Part shown: positions 27,159 through 40,786 of the stretch, one piece after another | Numbering within the stretch: the first letter of the stretch is position 1 | How the letters are laid out: each line of letters starts with the position of its first letter | Source of the DNA: Selaginella moellendorffii | Lineage: Eukaryota > Plantae > Lycopodiophyta | Assembly (NCBI RefSeq): GCF_000143415.4 | Contig: NW_003314267.1 | Location: 2,769,839 to 2,833,838, forward strand | DNA length: 64,000 bases | Direction of reading: 5' to 3' | Made by a program: the position numbers and the translations under genes | Notes under the pieces: generated by a model | Database searches by the model: none | Seen by the model: only the letters and a program-made list of their open reading frames with translations | What the model was told of the DNA's origin: nothing

Positions 27159-28270
27159 TGTGAGACACAAATCTCTAAGCCCAAAGTGGAGCCAAGGGGG
27201 TGTCACATGGTAGTGGCTAAAGCAAAAACCAAATGAGCATACCATGTTTGGACTACAATCTTTGACTCAAAAAGTCGAGAGTGGGAGTGGAACTCCCAAT
27301 GAAGTGCTTAAGGAACAAGCATGAAGAGATCAATAAGCAAGGCTCTAGAAAAGGGACATGAGAAGCACTGATATATGGCAATTGTTATGACATATAGAAG
27401 TGTTGAATCTAAGTTTGAGAAAGAGTTCAAGAAGGAGTCAAGAAGGAATCTAAGATGGAGTTCGAGATGGAGTCCGAGAAGGACTTTTAGATGAAGTCTG
27501 AGATGGAGTCTAAGAAGGAGTCTGAGAAGGAGTCCAAGAAGGACTTCAAGGTGGGGACCAAGATTGGGACTAAGACTGAGACGAAGACCGAGATTGAGAT
27601 TGAGATTGAATCTGAGATGGAGTCTAAGATGGAGTTTGAGATGGAGTCTGAGGTGGAGTCCAAGATGAAGTCCAAGAGGGAGTCTGAGATAGGGACCAAG
27701 ACCGAGATCGGGACCAAGATAGAGACTCGAACTGAGACTAAGTCTGGGACTAAAATTGAGATTGAGACCAAGTCCGAGTCCGAGTCCAAGTCTAATTCCG
27801 AGGCTGAGGATGAAAGCCCATAGTGATCATCTCTTGGTAGGTTTGATAAGCTCCAAAAATATAGTAGGGGGAGGACTTTTCCTCTTTCTTTCCACAATTT
27901 GGGACTTTGGGACAACATTTTGAAACACCGTGGCCCTACACGAGCTTTATGTGTACTCTCCCTGCCTTCTGCCTTTGGGTGCTCTAGCCATGGGCTTAGA
28001 GTGAGGTTCCGTGGAGCCATGCCAAATATCCAAGTAGGTAGTGCCACCCACACTTGGACTAGGAGCATCAGCCATTCAATCTTCTGGGGGAACCAAAACT
28101 AGCTCTTGAACACTTCACCAAGTTACCCCATTTGTCGATTCATATTCACTCTAGCCTTGGACTTCCCAGTGGTTATCCCATCACCCTACACCTGGGTACA
28201 GCTTTCCTAGGCCAAACTGGGCTTTCTTGGCCAAATTGCCTCCACTAGAGTCCTCCCCCTACTATACTTT
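27159..28270. mobile_element. Rearranged family-A LTR (plus-orientation 5' part, then an inverted segment)
   Basis: Begins TGTGAGACACAAAT. After ~27877 it matches 61700-62090 in the opposite orientation. Confidence 0.8.
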
Positions 28271-29309
28271 TCACCCTTTCACCCTTGCCAAATTGGAGCT
28301 TTCACCCTTGCCAAATTGGAGCATTTGGGAATCCATCTTTGGAAACACACTTCCTTTCCCGCAATTCATTAGCATCCAACACATTAGTGTTCCTTGCCTA
28401 ACTTTGCCATTTGGATTCCTTTTAATGAATTCCATGGCCCACACTTGGCCACTAGTCTTTTACTCTCATCAGTCGATTGTTGCACCAAGCAACATAGAAT
28501 CACTACCTCCATTCTTGAGATATCTTTTTGGTTACATGGCTAAGGTTCTATTTTGCCAAGTCTAGAGGGTGTTCACCCCTAGTAGATCTCTTTAGCATCG
28601 GGCTCTATTGACAGCCCATCTTTGCAACCCTCCCATGGGTCTTTTCTAGAGGTTACTATTGTATTGGCACAACTGATTTCCCTTTAGGTGTTCTTCCCAC
28701 TTGGTCACTTCGACCAAGCCACACCATTATCAATAGTTTAAATCAACACTTTAAACTAGGAACCTTATTCAAGGACTTTGTCCTTATTTAGCCATAAGAT
28801 CACATAATGATTTTATCTTGACACCTTAACAGGTTTGCCAATAGGTAATAGGTTTTTCAGACCTCTTAAGTTGTCTAGTTTGCCCTTTTTCAGCACACAC
28901 CTGGTGCCACCTAGTTTTGGCATGATTGGCTAAAAAGGATTGTGTGCACACAAATTTCGTACGATCATCTACATTTACCACTATGAAATAGTTTTCCATA
29001 TCGTAGACTCAATCTTCCAAAACCTGATAGTCCCACATGCCTCTGAAATTAGGTGGTTTTGAAGGTTTGAACTTTGAAACTCATGCAACAAGGGGTGGTT
29101 GAAGAACTTCATCGTCCTTAAAACTTGAAGAGAAGTCCAGTTGTTTAGGTTTAGTTGGTTTAGTTGCCTCAACTTATTTTTTCCTCTTTTTGTTCTCCTT
29201 GGTGATAGGCTGTGTTGAATTTTAACTTGGTGCAATACTATTCCAAGAGAGTTCTCCAGAGCCTACTGGTGAAGATCTTATCTTGATATAAGATAATCTC
29301 TTTTGGCCT

Positions 29310-32300
29310 TCAAAGAATAGATTTGCCACCTTCCGCATCCACTTCCATTATAGTGGGTATGAAATGTGCCATCTTTGAAAATCAGTCCACCACCACGAAT
29401 ATCACATCAATCCCCTCACTTGGGGGGAGTCCCGTGATGAAGTCCATCATAAGTATTTGTATGGATGATTTTGATTGAGATGCTTTGTAACAAGCCCCGA
29501 TTAGTCTTAGTCACGGCTTTGACCTATTGACATGTTAGACATGTCTTTACATAGTCTTCGACGTCCTTAGCCATATTTGGCTAATGATACTTCTTCCTTA
29601 GTAAACCCATCGTCTTGGGCACTCTGCCATGTCCCACAAGAGGTCTGTCATGAGACTCTTCTAAGGATATCTTCCTTAGTTCCCCTTCTGGAACATACAT
29701 TCTCATTTTTTTTTAGATGAGTCCATTGCGTTCCACATAACTTGTTTTCTCTTCTATTGGCAGCCCACCTCTCTGATGAGCTTCTTGTGCCTCTTGGTTC
29801 CTCAGCAACACTTCTTGTGCTAGACTATCATTCTTATATGCTGTCCGCACATCATCCCAAAATGTTGCTGTTATGCTACATATCACCAATTTTAAGCTTG
29901 CTTTTGACTTAGAGCATCTGCCACGATGTTGCTCTTCCCAGGTTTATACAGAATCTCGCAATCAAACTCAGCCAATGCATTGGCCCACTGACCTTGTTTC
30001 CCTCTTAGGTTGGGCTGCGACAAGAAGTGTTTCGTTGCCACATTATCCGTGTAAATTTTGAAGTGCCTCCCAACATAGTGTCACCACTCCTTGAGCGCCT
30101 TGACCACTGCAAATAATTCCTTCTCGTGAGCAGGCCACTTTTGCTGACCCTTGTCCAACTTCTTCGAGAAGAATGCCACTAGATGGTTATCTTACTTCAA
30201 ACTGTGCTCAACGCAAAGTCTGAAGCATTCGTTTCTACCTCAAAGTCTGTATCAAAGTTTGGTAATGCTAACACAGGAGTCTTCCTCAACTTTTCTTTGA
30301 TGTGGACAAATGCCACCTCACATTCCGCTGTCTATACTATCTTCCCTTTACCCATTTGGTCTGTTAAGGGTAGGGCTACTCTCCAATAGTGTTTGATAAA
30401 CTTTTGATAGTAGTTGCATAGCCTCAAGAACGCCCTCAACTCATGTACATTCGATGGTTGCGCCCATTCTTGGACCTTCTCGGGGTCCACCTTGAGCCCG
30501 TCCTTGCCCATCACATGCTTGAGAAACTTTACCTTTTGTTGAGCAAAGTCACATTTGCTCTCTTTAGCATATACCTTGTGTTCCCTTAGTTTTTCAAACA
30601 CCTTTGTCAAGTGTTTGGTATGCTCTTCTAGCATTTCGCTATAGATCAAGATGTTGTCAATATAGATGACCACAAAGTGATCCAAATAGGGTACAAAGAT
30701 GTGGTTCATCAATGCCAAAAATGTTGCCAGCATATTGCATAGCCCAAAGGGCATCACCAAAAACTCAAATCTCCCATACCTTGTCCGACAGGTTGTCTTC
30801 TCACCATCTTCCTCTACTACCTTGATTTAGTAGTATCTTGACCTTAGGTCAATCCTTGAGAAGTATTTTGCCTTTCCCACTATTAAACAAGTCCTTAATC
30901 CTTGGTAAAGTGTATTTGTTGTTCTTTGTATACTTGTTGAGCAACTAGTAGTCTATGCACATGTACATAGATCCATCTCTCTTTTACACAAATAACACTA
31001 GTGCACCATATAGTGACTTGCTCAAACTCCTCAAGTTGGTGTTTGAGCTCTTTGAGTTCCTTTTCATTCAACCAATAAGAAGGACAAACCACTGCCTTAG
31101 CACCCTCAACCAGCTCGATCATATGTTCTATCTATCTTATATTCAAGGGGTAACCCCGCTGGTAGCTCCTCCGGCATGGTATCATGGAATTCGTTTAACA
31201 CCTGCTGGATAACTAAAGGTATTTTTATTGTTCCCGTCTTTTTGTCACTTCTCACCGAGAGTAAGTACAAAAATGCTACCTTGGTTCCTTTAGTGACTTA
31301 TCCTCTCGTGGACACCAGGTTCAAGTAGGAGTCTTTGGCCTTACATTGCCCTAACTTAGTTCCTAGGCCTCCACCTTGGATTGTTCTCCTCGGGCATTCA
31401 CTAGTACCATAAGGTTTTTATCTTGTCCATGTAGAACTACCATGAATCGATTGAATTAATCCATCCTAAAGATTACATCAAATCCCACTATGTCCAATAC
31501 AATAAAATCCATATCTACTTTCCATGTCCCTACTTTGACTCTTGTTTGTCAAAGTACTTTATCGATGCTTTGGCTACCTTAAACAAACTCTATAGTTCTT
31601 GGCTCACCCAACCATTACACCATTAGTCTGGCTTGCCAGATTATGTCTACAGCTACAAAATCATCCAAAGCACCCGTGTTAATAAAGATCTTAAGAAAGC
31701 TACCTCTGAGCTTCCCTTGGAGGGCTAGTAGATGTTGCAAATGACTCTCTACTAAAGTTCCTCGTATAATGAGTAACTTTGAGCTAGGGACTAGATCACA
31801 TACTTTAGTTTGGATTTCATCATAGCTCTAGCCTTCTTTGGGTAGAGACATTCCCTCGAAAAGTGTCCCGCTTCACCGCAGTTGAAGTATATGTTGTTCC
31901 CATACTAATAGCAGACTTGACCTTCTTATCCGTGGGTTTGTCCCATTTCGCTTAACTCCCCCATGTACTTGCTTGCTAGCCCTTAGATCTGCCATTTTGG
32001 AACTCCAAAGACTCATTTTTAGAGACCCTTTGCCATATATGCCCTTGGTTTGGCCCCTTTTCTAAATGTGGATCCTAACCCCGTCATGTTCCCCTTTCGT
32101 AGGTTATCATTGAAATGCACCTTGATAGCTACATTTAACACTTCCTTGAAGTTGGTTGGGTTCTAACGCATCACCTCACTACGAGCCTAGGTTTGCAAGC
32201 CTAATATGAAGGCATGGAACACATCCATATCACCCTTGTCTGTGACAAGTATCCTCTTTGCCATAAATGCATTCACATACTCGTGAATGGTTCCAGATTG

Positions 32301-34072
32301 CTTCAACCTACTCAGCTCATCCCTTAGGTGAATAGTAGCATTTGGAGGATCGTAGGTTGTGTAGATCCTCACCTTCATCATTTCCCAAGTGGTCACTGGT
32401 CCTTTGTTGGCCTCTGTTGTTCTCCACAAAGACTTAGCATTATTTGCCAAGTATAGTTTTGCATATAGGACCTTCTTTGAGCTTGGTAACTGCAATGCTC
32501 AGAAGTATTCCTCCATATCATAAAACCAATCCTTCACCATATTATAGTCATTCATTCCCTTGAGAACCGGTGGGGGCTTTGGTTTGTACTTGGGAACTGC
32601 TTGAGGGATTGATTCCACTTCGGTATGCTTAACCTTGTTCAATTTCACCTCAGTCCCCTCCAAAGGGTCCATGCCTTCTACACTACCAGGATCTACAGTC
32701 TTTTGTTTTTTCTTCCGCTTCTTGTCACGCTTTAATTTACGTATGAGAATCTCCAACAGGGCATTGGTTTGTGCCACTTTTTCTTCTAGAACATCTAATC
32801 AAATATTGAACGACCGAACCTCACCACTAAACTCCTATTTGGAAGTTTCCTCACTAGAGTCCTTTTCATATAAGGATTCCTCATCCCTAGCCTTTTGTTC
32901 AATCGAAGGCTCCAGCTCTGGAGGAGGTTCCATCTCCGCCTTGGTTCTTTTATACCCTGCCTTTGCCATCTCCCAGCATATCCTTCCCTAGAACTAAGGA
33001 AAAAGCTTCGATACCAAATTGTAACCCACAATTTTTTCCTTTCCAATTTACTAGCTTACCTTGTCTACCCGACCACCATGGCCTTGGCCTTAGTTAAGTT
33101 TCCTCGTCAAGGTTCCCACGTATTGTACCAACTTCTACTTGGTCCTACTTAGTCTCAATAACTTATTGCACGAACAATGGAGTATTAGCCATCCATCCAC
33201 GAATTCCCAAATTCTCTCTCAATTCCCCTCCCAAGTTAGACTAGACTTAAGGTTCGGCTACACTCCCTACAGGTACAAGCAGCCAAGCACACCAAGCCTC
33301 CAGATTCCTAGCATCCATTGGTACAACAAGACTTGATAATGGGACCCTCTAAATCCCAAGCCTTGGGTGCAACACTTGCTTCAAGACATCAGGGGGAAAC
33401 ATTGTGGCCTAACAGCCCAATATAGGTACCCTTACTCCCCCACTTCCATCCCGAAGGAAAGGCTCAAGCTCCTAGGAAGGGCGAGGACCAATGAGTCACA
33501 AAGTACTCAAGTGGGGCACCATTCCACATGAGTCGGGAGCACTATAGTCAGTTTCCCTTCTGGGAGTGGGAGCTACTCTTGAGCACTTCCTTGGGTGCCC
33601 CATTTGGCACCACCTGAGTTCATGCTCACTCCCACCCAAGGCCCCTTAGCCCTAGTTTCAACTTCAAGTCAATTTGGAAGCACCACTAGAGAGTTCCTTC
33701 AAGATTGGTTCTTAGACCTCATTATCCCTACTATACTTTTGGAACCCCCTATAGCCACCCCCCCCCTCCCCCCCTCGGGAGACACACATGACCTGTATTA
33801 GTATTCAGACTCAGTCTAGAACTTGATCTTGCTCGATCTTGTACCTGACCTCAAATCTCGGACTCGGTCTCGAACTCGGTCTCAGACTCGGCCTCGGAAT
33901 CAGTCTCAAACTTGGCCTCGGAGTCAGTCTTAGACTTGATCTCGAACTTGGTCATGAACTTATTCTTCAAGTTAGTCTCGGACTCGGTCTCATTCGATGA
34001 ACTCTTTATTATTTTCATCATGCTTTTAGGGATCCTTTAGTTTTTGACACCTCGGGGAGTTGGTTCCTTACA
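29310..34072 (-). mobile_element. Ty3/Gypsy retrotransposon (family B): 5' LTR 33020-34072, PBS, gag-PR-RT-RH-partial IN, degenerate
   Basis: LTR has TG..CA ends. PBS gcttcgatacca at 33005-33016. RT motifs VMPFGLCN and VVIYIDNILIYS, then RNase H and integrase (MDFITGLP) in Gypsy order. Many stops and frameshifts. Confidence 0.92.
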
Positions 34073-35237
34073 ATAAATTACTTATATTGTAGTATAGTAA
34101 GTTAATGTTGAAAAAGGAAATGCTCATTGAGAATGAAGGTCATCATTAGGACACTTAAACACTCTAAAACACTAGGAAGAGGTGTTTAGTATCATGAGGG
34201 CATTACATAAGGCCCAAGGGACTAAGTCCCTAGCGAATAATGGATAGAAAGTGCTATTTAACATTCAAGAAAGAAGTTAATTTGTCCGAATTAGACTAAG
34301 CCAAAGGAGATTTTGGCATGGCTAACAATGGGCATAAACAGACCCATGCATAACAACATTAATCCTAGTGTGTGGGATTACACAATGAGCATATTCAAAT
34401 TGAAAATCCACTCTCTAAGTTATTTAATAGATTCATCCCTAGGAATACTTGCTAAGGCATGGTAGAAAGTGCAAAACTACCCTCTAGATGGGAGGAGAAT
34501 AACTAAAGGGCTGGTTTGGGCACATTGCCATATATGGGGGATGCCCCTAGGTCATGGTCAACAATTTAAAAGTCTAGAAGATTTAGTGTCTATTAGCAAA
34601 CTTGCTATAGTGTCAAGGATAAATCACTAGGTGATGTTATGACTAAAATAAGGATAAAGTTCTTATAAGGTTAAAGAATAAGATTCTTAGTTTAAAGTGT
34701 TGATTTGAATTATTAATAATGGTGTGGCTTGGTCAAGGTGACCATGTGGAAAGAACACCTAAGGGAAATGAGTTGTGTTAATGTGATGCCATAGTAAGCT
34801 CAATTTCGTTAAAGTGGGAATTGTCATTATCCCACTTGTAAAATAAGGTTTCCAAACCTTTATATAGTATATAAATATAACAAAATTCAACCGCATTGAG
34901 GCACATGCCATTTTATTTTAAACAAGGAAATATCTACTCAATCACTTCTCCTCCCCCTGCCACTGCTTCACCTCTCTCTTCTCTTTGTCATCGTCGTCCA
35001 ATTTCTTTCCATCCTTTTAATATTGGCTCAGTTGCTCCGAGTCTAGGTGGAGCCCAAGTCCCCATTCAATCTTTACTTTCCCCTTATTAATAAAACAACT
35101 TCGTAGACTTCCAATAACATGCTGTAACACTTCTAGTATAATGCAAATCCTCTCAAAGAATTGTCTTTTAATATTAATTCAATGGCATGGAACCCCATGC
35201 CATAATAAGTTACATTTTTAAATAAATACATGCCATC

Positions 35238-38200
35238 TTAGACTGTTATTTTTTGCCTCCAACGCCTATACAGTAATCTTGGAATTTCATCACTCTCCAC
35301 ACTATCAGGATTTAAACCCAATAGTAATGCCATCTCTTCTCTAATACGTCCACGCTTATGTTCAGTGGTCGAAGAACCCATCCGGTTGAGCAGATTATGG
35401 AGATGCAGATAGTGCTTGGCTAGACAATATACATGCCATAAATGATGACTGGTGTTTGTCCGATCAAATGGCTTCTGATATACCGTTCCATCTGCCATTT
35501 GGTTGATTTCTGCAGCCACCTCCTGGACTGGCCGGTTCTCTATCACCATCGCTCCAAGCCGTTTTGCAAGGTCCCCTAGAACATACGGTTTCTTCTCCCT
35601 AGTTTCCATACTGCAAGAGATGGGGTGCACTGCATATGTGTGCGTGTTCGCTGCAGTTTTAATCGGCGAGTCATCGATGATGAGGATTTCACTTGACCTA
35701 GCAGTCCGGTTCATCACTACAGCCTCTGGCTTGACGAAGATGGGCTTGCTACCCCTCACATGGACAATAGTCAAGCAATCCTCCTGCGTTAGGAGAAAGT
35801 CAAATGGTAATATTACTCGCGTCTGATCGTGCATCATCTGTAGCAACATTAATGCATTGTGGCGCATCATGGATGTCCAAACTCCCAATTGCAAATTGAA
35901 CCCGGCCCTCTGTTTTAAGTGTCGCATGGTCATTATTAGATCCCGCAGTTTCTCCCGTGTGATTAATGTGAATCTGTCTCTTTTGACCAACTTGTGACCG
36001 CAGGCTTTGGAGGGTGTAGTGACATTCGAGGACGAGCCACGCTCATGGGAGAAAAGGACACCGTTCAGATAAAAAACGATACAGTACCTTCGCCGTGACT
36101 CTAAAATGAAATGCGTCAGCATAAAAAATGGTACAAGTCAATTTTACCATCTACAATATTAGCGAATGGTGCTCCCGATGGTCGTTGAGAGGGTTTTGGT
36201 CGAGGAAACGTGAAGGGCAGAAATACTCTCCTCTGCAATGTGGGGTCAATCGCATCCGATGGCGTGTGGGCACATGCCATTTCAGCTGTAGACTCTGGTA
36301 CAACTGGCTCAACAGTGGCATGGGGTGGTTCCGATGGCGTGTGATCACACGCCATTTCAGCTGGTGCCTCCGTTGGCAAAGTGGACATGACCGAACAGGC
36401 AGCAGGGGCGGTGTAGGGAGGTTCCAACAGTGCATAGTCAGACGATTGGGCACACGTTGAGTCCGTTGGAAATGAGGATACGACCAGCTCGGCGGCTGGG
36501 GCGGCCTCATGCGGGTCCAATGGCGCCTGGTCACCGTCAGTTGGATACGTGGACAAGATTGACTCAGTGGTATGGGCAGCATCAAGTGGAGCGTGGTCAG
36601 CTTGCTTGGCGTTGATATGGATAGTAGCCTCCACCAGCTCTGATGACTCTTGCAGGCAAGTAGAGTCCACTGGCGGATCCATATGCATGTCCAAATATCT
36701 CCCTTCGATTGAGATGGTATCCTCCCGTGCTACTAAAAACAAACTCATTAGCACATTGAATCGACTATACTGTATTTACCATCAACTGCTATTGAGGAAC
36801 TAGGACCAATATCAATTGGGCGCACTGCTGATTCTGAAGGATTGGACATACGTTTTGACCCTTGCTTGGCACTATCCTTCCTTGACACTAAAGGCTAGAG
36901 TTTGTAAATTCAACTGAATAATCTCTACTTACCATTTGCTTTGCGACCTACATGGACAATGTTAGAAATGGTAAAAGGTTAGGAATGGATGTACTATTAT
37001 TTACCTGATGGTTTGTCTTGTATGACCTTCCTCCGCTGCTCTTTGGCCACCTCAGGCTGGCCATCGTTGTCATCATCGTCGTTGTCGTTATTGTGATCGT
37101 CACCATTGTGAGGACCATCCAAGTCCTCTTCATCCTCCTCTTCTTTGTCCTCCTCTTCGTCCTTTTGCTCTTCCTGCTCATTATCTTTCTCTGGCTCCTC
37201 ATCCCCCTCCTGCATTTCTTCCATAGGCTGCTCAGGCTGGATGGCTTGTTCTTCCAGGACCATCTTGGGAAAATCATCTGGCCGAGTCTCCATCTCAAAA
37301 TACAAGACATCCATAGCCTGTTTTAGTGCGTGACTTGGGATCGTATCCTCACCCGACTGTCTTAACATGGTTTCTGCACATTCTTGCACCCTTCGAAGAC
37401 GACGAGATGAGAAAAACGTGGCCCTGACTTGAAAAGCATCCCTCATCCATTGTACCTCTCCATTGAGATTGGGGAAGGGGAGTCCGCCATAGGAATCTGA
37501 GTCAGGAGGTGGTGACTGCCTGCTTTCACTCAGCCCTTGATCTGCAATGAATGGCATGAGCACACACGCCATAACCGCGAGGCATTACCTATCATCTTTT
37601 CGTTGCCCTTCTTCCTTTTCGAATCAAACACCTCTGATCCCGACGACTGTCCAATGTGCTTTCGCTTTTTATGACCACTGTTAGTTTGAGCTTGGCTGGT
37701 GCTTGCCCATTTTGCCTTTGAAGAAGTGTCTCCTGCAAGGAATGGCATGAGACCACACGCTATTGCAAATATAATTTGTACCTCTTTTTTCCTATTGCTT
37801 GTCTGTTTGTCCTTCTTCGACGCGCCACCAGTGCGCTTTTCAGTCCTCGTGTCTGAATATTCACAACGATCTATAATCAAAATGGCGTGAGGCCTCACGT
37901 GACCTTACCTTGTGCAGGTTGTGAGCTCGGCCCAACATGGGTATCTTCAATAGTAGCTATTAACGCCGTTTCAGCATCTGGGGGTGGCCACGCTCCTGCA
38001 TACAGAGCTTGTGAGATAACATTTAAACTTAAAGTGCGTACTCACCAGGTTCGTAGAGAAGATACTGTTTTTCTTTGGCAACTGTAATTATATGCTCCAT
38101 TGAAGTCACCTCTTCAATGGAGTTTGTCACCGCAACACACGGACTGCACTCGAGAGCCCAATCGGTGCATGCCAATGTTGCTACTGAATGGCATGTGGCC

Positions 38201-38290
38201 TCATGCCATTTTCTACTTGGCCTAAAAGACTTACCATTTGAAGCCGAATGGAGGCGTGACAACCGGACTCGCTGGCGAATGTGCACTGTG
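35238..38290 (-). pseudogene. Passenger gene of the TIR element: low-complexity/acidic exons plus C-terminal FCP1/NIF-like HAD domain
   Basis: IVFYLNGVL (degenerate motif I), VWTSMMRHNA, ILIIDDSPIKT in ORF 35238-36122. Upstream acidic exons 36997-37572. The 5' end is approximate. Confidence 0.65.
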
Positions 38291-39474
38291 TGTGCAGCGG
38301 ATCGTAGCAGCTAGGCTACTCTGCCACTTACAGTTGGAGAGTGGTGCTGAAATCTCCTGGGACGCCAAGTGGGCTGCATGTGGGTGGCGGAGTTGGCGGC
38401 GAAGTTACAAACTGGGTGTGTCTTGAAGTGGACGCCGATGCACACGAGCGCGATGCGAGCGCGAGTGTGATGCAAGCGTGAGTGGACGCCGATGCACACG
38501 AGAAACCTGTAGAGAAGGTAGATGAGCGCGAATGTGAGCGTGATCGCGAGTGGGAGCGCGATGCGAGCGCGAGTACGAAGCAAAATGCAAAACCTAACCT
38601 CATACGCGCGAAATGTCACGACGGTTGGTAATCCCGCCACGTCATCATTCCTCGGACTTGGGCGCCACCATTAATTTCTGAATCGCCGCGCGCATGCGTG
38701 AAATCCAAAAGAAATCCACAACGTCATCATTCCTCGGACTGCATGCACGCAAAATCCAAAAGAAAGATCATGATTGGGATATCATTTAATACCCTCGCTA
38801 TATTTATACCATGCATGATTGGATATTCCAAAGCATCTTGTATTTCCAAAAATGCCAGATGTTCAGCTAAATAAATTGTCAGAGGATTTGATGTGACGTT
38901 CAAGCGTGTGGGCTCATGCAATTTTGATCCCAAAAAATGCACCAAAAAATGCTCGGCATCATCTGGTGTTATCTCTTGAATGGCATGGGGCCGCATGCCA
39001 TTTTCAGGGGCACATAGGAGTATATTCCTAGGATATTCTGACATGTGCGAGATGTTTTTGAGTTTTCTGGAGATCCAACCGTTAGATCGCAACTAAATTT
39101 TACAGAATGGTATACAATGTCCTTGTTGATGACCCTGCAAAGAAGCATCTCGATCGGACAAAACATGAGACCACACAAGCCTTACAATGTTTCAGGGGCA
39201 TTTGCCATAGATCCGACCGTTATTTTGCTCCAAGATTTTACAGTTTGGTGTGCATTGACCTTTCCATCGACACTGCAAAGGGACATCACAATCAGATGTG
39301 GGATCACAAGAAACTAACTTCACTAACTCTGGTTTCACCTAGATCTACGTAAGGAGTTATGAAATGAAAGGACCCTCTCTATTGAAATGTGTTTATGGTC
39401 CTAGGGGCATTGTGACATATCAAAGGATTTTGCATCAAGTTCTGTATTTGCATGTTTATCAAGCTACTGAATTG

Positions 39475-39500
39475 CTAAACCCTAAACCCTAAACCCTAAA
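39475..39500. repeat. Interstitial telomere repeat / telo-box (CCCTAAA)3
   Basis: ctaaaccctaaaccctaaaccctaaa seen directly. Confidence 0.9.
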
Positions 39501-40786
39501 CATGCGGCAAATGCTGCGTGAAGAAAGATGCCCTTTCTGGGCAAATGCTGTAAGAGGCAGATGCCGAGCAGATGTATCTCAGGCTAGCGAAGGGGACAAA
39601 TGAAAGCTAGCTATAAACATGACGGGATGCAAATAGATTACTAGGCTGGTCCTGCGAAAATCAAAAACCATAATTGAAAACATTGAAAATGCAAAAAGAA
39701 AGGTTTATAATATTTTTGAATTTTAAGCAACCAAAGGAATGTAAGTAGGGCATGTGTTTGTAAGTTTAAAAATGCCTCAACCACTTAAATTCCCAAGTAA
39801 ATAAAGCTGTTTCTATTTTTGGTACAGGTAAACTTTATAGCGTGTGGGCTCATGCAATTTTGAACCCAAAAATGCACCAAAAAATGCTCGACTAGCATTA
39901 TTCTTTGAATGGTGTGTGGCTTTATATTGCCATAAATGGACGTACACACACAGCATAATTATTCCTTTATACGGCGAATAATCTTGGCGCGGATCGCTGA
40001 CACGGCATGGCAAAATTCGAATCACTGACATGGCACAGCTGGATCGAGGCAAGGACATGATGTGACAAAGTTCAACCTCCGACAGCAAAGTCTAGAAGCT
40101 ACTCAGTTTGAAATTTGTCAGAGGAATCATAAGATCTGGTTTGTCAGAGGATTTGATGTGACATTCAAGCGTGTGTTATTTTTGAATTCTCGAACTCATT
40201 CCTAGGTCTATCATTTTTGTGCGCCGTGTTCTTGGTTCCGCTGAGCGCAGTGAGCGCTGCTTGTGTAAGCGGCGTTGTGAGCTGTGGTTTATGCGTCTAC
40301 AAGCGGTTGCGGCATTGCGAGCGCCATTGCGAGCAGCAGTTTATGCGAATGGCAGTTTGTGCGAGCGGCAAAACGAGCAGTTGCAGTGTTGCGAGCGGCG
40401 CTACGAGTAGTTGCGGTGTTGTGAGCGGCACTGTCTTTGGTGTGGCTACCGCTTCCTCTTGATATTCGGCACTTGTGCTTCCTGGTATGTTCACCATGGA
40501 ATGGCTTAGGACCACATTTAGAAATGGCATGAGGCCACATGCCATCTTGGGCCCTTGCAATTTCATGGCTAGCGTATTGTCATGTATGTTTTTACTTGCT
40601 TGCAGCTGTGTGTATATCAAGATGGCATGAGGCCTCATGCCAATTTTGTGAATGCGAAATTTCACGTGGGTGTCAATAACATGTTTGAATAATGGCATGT
40701 GGCCTCATGCTATTTGGTATGTTATGATTTAGGCCATTCTCCAATCATTTTTTGTATGGTCTTAACTTCTTTTCTGCACTTTCAGA

